Of a stretch of DNA of 11,352 bases, positions 6,354 to 11,352 are shown piece after piece. Under the pieces are notes generated by a model. The model did not search any database. It saw only the letters and a list, made by a program, of their open reading frames with translations, and had not been told where the DNA came from. The first letter of the stretch is position 1. The number at the start of each line of letters is the position of its first letter. Both the position numbers and the translations under genes were made by a program. Source of the stretch: Candidatus Zixiibacteriota bacterium (lineage in GTDB: Bacteria; Zixibacteria; MSB-5A5; GN15; JAAZOE01); assembly GCA_043819555.1 (NCBI GenBank), contig JBDREQ010000041.1:1-11352 (forward strand). Reading direction: 5' to 3'.

Positions 6354-7703
6354 ATGAATAAAGGTTACATATATATCCTCATCAGCGAATCCCTAAAAGA
6401 GGATTTCCTGAAGATTGGTGTGATCAATAGAGACCCTGATGAATTTGCCAAAGAGGTTTCAGCGGGTAGTGAATTACCATCAGAGTTTATAGTCGCTTAT
6501 AAAAAGGAAATTCCTGACTGTGAAAAAGCTAATGATTCAATCAGTGAAAAATTGGGTGAGTACAATTGTGCCCAAGGCCAGGAAAAGAACAGCGGATTTT
6601 ATGATATGCCACTACAAAAAGCCATTGCCTTACTCCATCAAATAGCAAAAGAACTGGCGGTGCCGCAGGAAAAACCTAAAGAAGAACTACTTATTGATGT
6701 TCTTGCTCGTGAAACTGAAGCCGAGCGAAATGAAAGAATCAGAAAAGAAGTGGAGGCAATATCTGGAAAAGTAGATAAGAAATTAGCCGAAAAAGGAAAA
6801 AAGAAAATAACAGAGACGGGAGTCAAAGAAAATGCTCAGTTGAAAGATATAAAAGAATTACAGGATGTTCGTGTTTTATGCAGTGATGAGAGCTGTATAG
6901 GGATAATTGGACCGAACATGCGCTGTACGGAGTGTGGGAAATACCAGGAAAGCCCTCTTAGCAAGGATGGAGAAAATTTATCGACTGGACAAGGTATAAT
7001 AAAAAAAGCACATTTCAATCTAAAACTATGTCCCACATGTCGTGCTTTTCAAGATGCCGAAAAAAAGGGTTGCCCAAATTGCGGTCATGACCTTACGAAT
7101 GTTGAAATTTCAAAAAAAGTTGATAATTCAAATATTGATGAAGGTAAAAAATTTCTCGGAGGCGAATATCATCCCTGGAGACGATTTTTTGCTCGTATGG
7201 TAGATGTTTCCACCCTTGGCATGGCTCTTCTCTTCATGTTCGCATTCATTGTAGGGATACTCTTTCGTGAGCATGCAATAGGATTTTCAAAGGCACTGGA
7301 AAATAAAATAATATCCGGTTTTCTGCTCTTCCTTTTGTGGCTACCACTTGAGGCAATTCTCTTATCGTCAACGGGAACCACACTTGGCAAATGGATTTTT
7401 GGGATACGAGTAGTAAGTTTTAACGGTAAAAAGCTTTTGTTTTCCAAGGCACTAAAAAGAACATTCTTGGTTTGGCTTCAGGGCGTTGGTTTTGGTATCC
7501 CCTTCGTTGCAATTTTCACTCAGCTTTTCGGTTACCGCCGCCTAACAAGGACAGGAACGACGCTATGGGACCGTTCAGTCAACTCGACGGTGACTCATGC
7601 GGAATGGGGTCCGGTACGAGTAATTATTTGTACCCTCTGCGTAATTTCGGTCTGGTTCTTTCTGAGTCTTTTGAATACGATAGGAACTAAATATCCTGGC
7701 TAA
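6354..7703 (+). CDS. Multidomain protein: T5orf172/GIY-YIG-like N-terminus, two Cys clusters and a C-terminal RDD membrane domain, 449 aa
   Basis: N-terminal GYIYIL...LKIG...RDP...LPSEF-VAY; LCSDESCIGIIGPNMRCTECGK; CPTC..CPNCG; RDD motifs PWRRFFARMVD, TLGKWIFGIRVV and LWD. Confidence 0.82.
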   Translation: MNKGYIYILISESLKEDFLKIGVINRDPDEFAKEVSAGSELPSEFIVAYKKEIPDCEKANDSISEKLGEYNCAQGQEKNSGFYDMPLQKAIALLHQIAKELAVPQEKPKEELLIDVLARETEAERNERIRKEVEAISGKVDKKLAEKGKKKITETGVKENAQLKDIKELQDVRVLCSDESCIGIIGPNMRCTECGKYQESPLSKDGENLSTGQGIIKKAHFNLKLCPTCRAFQDAEKKGCPNCGHDLTNVEISKKVDNSNIDEGKKFLGGEYHPWRRFFARMVDVSTLGMALLFMFAFIVGILFREHAIGFSKALENKIISGFLLFLLWLPLEAILLSSTGTTLGKWIFGIRVVSFNGKKLLFSKALKRTFLVWLQGVGFGIPFVAIFTQLFGYRRLTRTGTTLWDRSVNSTVTHAEWGPVRVIICTLCVISVWFFLSLLNTIGTKYPG

Positions 7704-7759
7704 CAACAGCTTTAACACCGACCTCGTTATCACTCGGCGGGTTAAGCTGAGCGTTCGGC
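7698..7759 (+). other. Complete attC site (62 bp)
   Basis: R'' GGCTAAC (overlapping the upstream stop), CAGCTTTAAC ... GTTAAGCTG pairing with one extrahelical base, inner CCGA/TCGG stem, R' GTTCGGC. Confidence 0.85.
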
Positions 7760-7766
7760 TCGAACA

Positions 7767-8372
7767 ATGAACAAAAATCAACAGCGAAATCTCATAGAGA
7801 CCGCGGATGCAATTGGTAGCCACCTCGCATTAACGTGGAATTACGTCGCTACACTCCGAGCACTCCAGAAACATGCCCGGTCCCATCCCAAGCTTATTGA
7901 AGCACACAATCACTTTATCTTCACGATCACACAAGCCCTTTGGGACGTCCTCCTCCTAAAATTGAGTCACTGCTCCGATAACACCAAAAAAGCCAAGGGA
8001 TTTCCAAAGCTCTTCAATCAACTGAAAAAATACCTGCCTGAAGGAGCAGCGTTAAAGAAGACCATCAAGAAGCAAGAGAAAGTCCTACAAAGGCTTGCGA
8101 CACTGGAAAAGGTCAAGAAATGGCGCAATGAGATCATAGCTCACCACACCTATGCAGCGGATGGTCCTCAATTCTTTGAGGACAACCAGGTTACTCTCGA
8201 TGAAGTGGGAAAGCTTGTGACGAAACACAGAGACATTCTGCATGCTTTCACTTTTCCTCTATTCGACCTCGGCTTCAGGATCAAAGACCATGGTCCCAGA
8301 GCGCACAGAGGAGTAAATAAGCTATTCGCATCCCTGAAGGAGAGCCGAACAAAACAATCGAGAGGGACTTGA
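7767..8372 (+). CDS. HEPN (AbiU2-like) domain protein, gene cassette, 201 aa
   Basis: Predicted all-helical, with a KWRNEIIAH RN-x4-H motif. Bounded by GTTCGGCTC (7753-7761) and its exact reverse complement GAGCCGAAC (8342-8350). Confidence 0.78.
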   Translation: MNKNQQRNLIETADAIGSHLALTWNYVATLRALQKHARSHPKLIEAHNHFIFTITQALWDVLLLKLSHCSDNTKKAKGFPKLFNQLKKYLPEGAALKKTIKKQEKVLQRLATLEKVKKWRNEIIAHHTYAADGPQFFEDNQVTLDEVGKLVTKHRDILHAFTFPLFDLGFRIKDHGPRAHRGVNKLFASLKESRTKQSRGT

Positions 8373-8414
8373 TATTCCGCGCCTTCGGCGCCCCTTCTTA
8401 AAACAGCCCCTCTC
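8344..8414 (+). other. attC site, right end lost
   Basis: R'' GCCGAAC, then GAGAGGGACT ... AGCCCCTCTC pairing with one extrahelical base, and a central GCGCC-TTC-GGCGC hairpin. No GTTRRRY at the expected distance. Confidence 0.68.
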
Positions 8415-8648
8415 AGTCAATCTACATTTCGCAGGTTACAGGTCGTGAGCTTGAAAAACATTCCAACCACCTAATAACATTAAATAATTCAGTCGTTTTA
8501 TCACTATATTTACCCTTTAAAGAAACGCCGGTGGTGGGTGTTACGGGTGGTGCCATGAGTGGTGGTGTAGATATGATATGAATGTAGTGCTGTTGATACA
8601 AGTATCAAGAAAAGAACCTGGCTGATAGCCCTTCGAATTGAACCTACG

Positions 8649-8933
8649 CTACTTCTTACCCTGCTTCTTCCTGAACAAAGCTATACCTGCTTTGGCTATA
8701 TCTGCTCTTGTTCTTCCTTTTTTCGGCTTCGGTGGGCATAACTTATTATCTTCTTTGCGAATAACCCTTACCATATGTAATACTGTTTGATATGAGACAC
8801 CAAACTCTTTAGCCCACTCATCAGTAGTTTTATGATCCCACTCTTCAATCATTCTTTCTATATCTTCTGGTGTTAAAGACCTCCTTGATTTAGTTTCCTT
8901 TTTCTCTGTTGTTTTTTCTTTCTTCTTTGCCAT
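8649..8933 (-). CDS. Small basic HTH-like DNA-binding protein, 94 aa
   Basis: TTDEWAKEFGVSYQTVLHMVRVIR resembles an HTH. SD AAGGAGGT (8941-8948) favours ATG 8933 over 9053. Confidence 0.65.
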   Translation of the reverse strand: MAKKKEKTTEKKETKSRRSLTPEDIERMIEEWDHKTTDEWAKEFGVSYQTVLHMVRVIRKEDNKLCPPKPKKGRTRADIAKAGIALFRKKQGKK

Positions 8934-9122
8934 AGGTTTAACCTCCTTATGTTTTGGTATCGCTTTAACCTTTTCTCGCATTTCTTTTAATTGTGCTTTG
9001 GTTGGTGGTTTAGAGGTACGCTTTAATACCGTAGGTTTTCGTTTCTTTATCATATGTGCTATCTCTAATAGTAGTACTAATTTATATTCTATTCTACCCT
9101 ATCTTCCTAATGATAATGTTGA

Positions 9123-9151
9123 ATAATATACTCCTACAATCTATGTGTCAA
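9123..9151 (-). promoter_or_regulatory. sigma70 promoter for the HTH gene
   Basis: TTGACA, 17-bp spacer, TATTAT on the minus strand. Confidence 0.65.
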
Positions 9152-9585
9152 TATATTTATTTTACTATCCAGACGCTCTGTAAAGCACGATACGGCACTT
9201 CTATTGTGTAGGGTATAGGTAGGTATGGGTTTTTATACAAACAAGTCTATGGTGGTATTTTATGATTATGAACCTGGTGTTATTCTTTTTAATAAACCTA
9301 TATTTTCATGGGGTTTTTCTACATTGAAGACAGCTATTGGTTAAACAGGGCGTTACGCTGCAGTGTAATGGTGAAGGTGTTGTAATTACTCCTATATTAC
9401 AATTTTACTATACTAAACGGGCACGCTGAACACTAGTGTAATGACACTCTGTGGGTCACAGTAAGAGACAGTTCCCCTACTCCCCCTCCCCAACATTCCA
9501 GGTGAAATTTTTCTGCGGACACACTTATCAGTGTATTTATGTGGAAGCCCACCATGATAAGATTGGAATGGCAGCCGGCTTTGGT

Positions 9586-9653
9586 CTGGTAGAATACTGG
9601 TAGAATTAATCCATATTGGTTGTTATGGATTGAACCTATTGAACTTATTGAAC
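9586..9653. repeat. Short tandem direct repeats inside attR (candidate integrase-arm/RDF binding sites)
   Basis: CTGGTAGAAT x2 (9586, 9597; 11-bp period) and ATTGAAC x3 (9629, 9638, 9647; 9-bp period), 80-150 bp from the att core. Confidence 0.5.
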
Positions 9654-9735
9654 GCTTCTAAACTATCGATAATAGTCCGAAATTAGAAGGGAAACCATGA
9701 ATAACGACTACCTACAGGTTTTTAATAGTGAGACA

Positions 9736-9758
9736 TTCGACTCCCCCCGCCTCCACCA
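9736..9758 (+). repeat. attR core, displaced tmRNA 3' fragment
   Basis: Exact 23-bp copy of 119-141, starting in the T-loop. The sequence upstream (GAGACA) does not match the tmRNA. Confidence 0.93.
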
Positions 9759-9834
9759 TCCTTCGCTTGTTCACTTCGCTCACGAGCTACGGATGGCAGG
9801 CCATCAAAACCAATAGAGAACGAGCGAAGGATGG
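9756..9834. repeat. REP-like palindromic element abutting the attR CCA
   Basis: 17-bp stem CCATCCTTCGCTTGTTC/GAACGAGCGAAGGATGG (one G:T) enclosing CTTCGCTCACGAGCTACGGATGGCAGGCCA. Confidence 0.7.
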
Positions 9835-10060
9835 CATTTTTTTTGCCAATGCTTTGTCTGGTAAACCAACCTCTTTAAAATAATCAACATAAAAATATAT
9901 ACCGCCCAAAGCAGGCTTTCTTTTGGCTTGATTAACAATATGGCTAACGGCGGTATAAGCGATCCCAAAGACGTTCTTTACCTCTTAGTCGTGTATGCAC
10001 CCCTCGCCCGGAGAAAATAAACAAAATAGCGGAAATTGAAACGGCTCATTTAGGTTTTTG

Positions 10061-10098
10061 TTGACGTGAAGCAGAAAAAATGTCATACTATGTAGGAC
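10061..10098 (+). promoter_or_regulatory. Toxin-antitoxin operon promoter and overlapping operator
   Basis: TTGACG, 17-bp spacer, CATACT with extended TG. Imperfect inverted repeat GTCATAC-TAT-GTAGGAC (10082-10098) overlaps the -10 box. Confidence 0.6.
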
Positions 10099-10117
10099 TT
10101 GAAATGGGGGATTCATT

Positions 10118-10390
10118 TTGAGAATAAATGATTTTGAATGGGATGAAGGAAACTCGCTACATCTTGAGCTTGGTCATGGGATCAGTCAAGAAGAAGCGGA
10201 AGAAATCTTTGCTTATGCCCCTTTTTTTCGAAGAACAAAGAAAGGTCATTATGCGGTTTTTGGTCCGACATCCGCTGGAAGATTTCTCACGATTATATTC
10301 GATCTAAAAGCGAAGGGAATGGCACGCCCCATAACTGGTTGGGATATGAGCCGATCGGAAATTCGGTATTATAAGAAACAGAGGGGATAA
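10118..10390 (+). CDS. brnT: BrnT-family ribonuclease toxin
   Basis: FEWDEGN--H---HGISQEEAEEIF...GPTSAGRFLTIIF...RPITGWDMSRSE-RYY; TTG start. Confidence 0.9.
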   Translation: MRINDFEWDEGNSLHLELGHGISQEEAEEIFAYAPFFRRTKKGHYAVFGPTSAGRFLTIIFDLKAKGMARPITGWDMSRSEIRYYKKQRG

Positions 10391-10393
10391 GAT

Positions 10394-10687
10394 ATGGAAA
10401 AGCAAGACGGGAAATCAAAAGATTGGGTCAACTATTATGAAAAAAAAGATATCCTGAGTGAGATATCGGATGAAGCGGTGGATTTGAGTATGGATGATGG
10501 TCTTCGCGAAGCCATACTTTCAGGGAAACGCAAAAGAAAGCTAAAAAATGTGACTATCAAGATTGATCCGCTTCAGGTTATGGCGATAAAAAAACTGTCT
10601 ACTATGAAATCGATTCCCTATCAGACACTTATCAGGCACTGGCTTGCAGAAGGTATCAAGCAGGAACTCGACGAAGTTCTTAAATAA
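10394..10687 (+). CDS. BrnA/CopG-like RHH antitoxin
   Basis: Starts 3 nt after the toxin; C-terminal KNVTIKID...IKKLS--KSIPYQTLIRHWL ribbon-helix-helix. Confidence 0.85.
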   Translation: MEKQDGKSKDWVNYYEKKDILSEISDEAVDLSMDDGLREAILSGKRKRKLKNVTIKIDPLQVMAIKKLSTMKSIPYQTLIRHWLAEGIKQELDEVLK

Positions 10688-10859
10688 CGCTAAATGCAGG
10701 TTTCCGTTTTTACAGACAGCCATTCTCTGAAAGGCATGGGGCGGTCCAGTGACTTTCAACGCTATTAAGCCAGAATGTTCTTGTTTTCATAGCCGGTATA
10801 TTTGCATAAAGTATCATCAGTGTTTAGGTGTGACACCATTGCAATCTCCGTTAAGAAAA

Positions 10860-11342
10860 TTATAAGAAGTCAGCGAAATCTTTTTGGACCATAGGCGTAT
10901 CCAGCAATTCAATCACTATCTCGCCGGGGCCTTGCAGGTAAAAACATTGGCCACCTTTATGGGGGCCTACTCCCACCTGTTGGGGAGGGGAAAAGCAGTT
11001 GATTCCCCGATCTTTCAATCGCTGGTAAATATCGGCTATTCGATTGACCCCCATGGCAAAGTGGGTAAACCCGATTCGCTGCATTTGCCATGGTCCTGTG
11101 TGTTCAGGAATAGTATCTAGCGGTTGAACCAATTCTAAACATATCCCGTCAGGTGCTGTTAGTGTTACACGACGTAATCGTTCAGGCGACTTGGTGTCGT
11201 CATCAGTTAGAGGCGGTTCAAAGCTTTGTTTGTCCGTGTATTTGCATAAACCCAAAACACCTTCATAAAAAGCCAGGGCAGCGTCTATTTTCTGGACCGC
11301 CAGTACCGGATAAATATGTAGTCGTTCCTTCCGGCGCACCAT
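10860..11342 (-). CDS. VOC/glyoxalase family protein, probably 5'-partial
   Basis: V--IDAALAFYEGVLGL...LELVQP...GFTHFAMGV--I---YQRLK-RG...CFYLQGPGEIVIEL. The frame stays open to the window edge. Confidence 0.85.
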   Translation of the reverse strand: MVRRKERLHIYPVLAVQKIDAALAFYEGVLGLCKYTDKQSFEPPLTDDDTKSPERLRRVTLTAPDGICLELVQPLDTIPEHTGPWQMQRIGFTHFAMGVNRIADIYQRLKDRGINCFSPPQQVGVGPHKGGQCFYLQGPGEIVIELLDTPMVQKDFADFL

Positions 11343-11352
11343 CTTGCCGGTG

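Larger units (their letters stand above)
142..9758. mobile_element. Genomic island (~9.6 kb) integrated at ssrA, lacking an integrase gene (decayed or trans-mobilised)
   Basis: Flanked by 23-bp tmRNA 3' direct repeats. Cargo is phage-like (Rad52, ParB remnant, HTH) and defence-like (SIR2, HEPN). No ORF shows tyrosine or serine recombinase motifs. Confidence 0.85.

Noticed and set aside
6638..7823. Five short ORFs overlapping the RDD fusion
   Set aside because: Antisense or alternate-frame shadows with no recognisable motifs.
10541..11120. ORFs 10541-10759(-) and 10884-11120(+)
   Set aside because: Antisense to the antitoxin and VOC genes.

Overview
The window begins in the 3' part of a tmRNA gene (ssrA; CCA end at 141). 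The last 23 nt of ssrA (TTCGACTCCCCCCGCCTCCACCA) recur exactly at 9736-9758, delimiting a ~9.6 kb genomic island that has no recognisable integrase gene. The island carries a small GIY-YIG nuclease preceded by structured palindromes and followed by the C-terminal remnant of a second GIY-YIG. It also holds a Rad52/Rad22-type annealing protein, a frameshifted phage ParB-like fragment and a small HTH gene. Its central region is an eroding, integrase-less integron-like array with one attI-like site and five complete or partial attC sites. That region encodes membrane/zinc-ribbon proteins, a HEPN-like remnant, a SIR2-family protein, a T5orf172/GIY-YIG-Zn-RDD fusion and an AbiU2-like HEPN protein. 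Beyond attR lie a second palindrome abutting the CCA, a BrnT/BrnA-type toxin-antitoxin pair and a VOC/glyoxalase gene. All protein calls come from motif recognition by eye; no searches were run.
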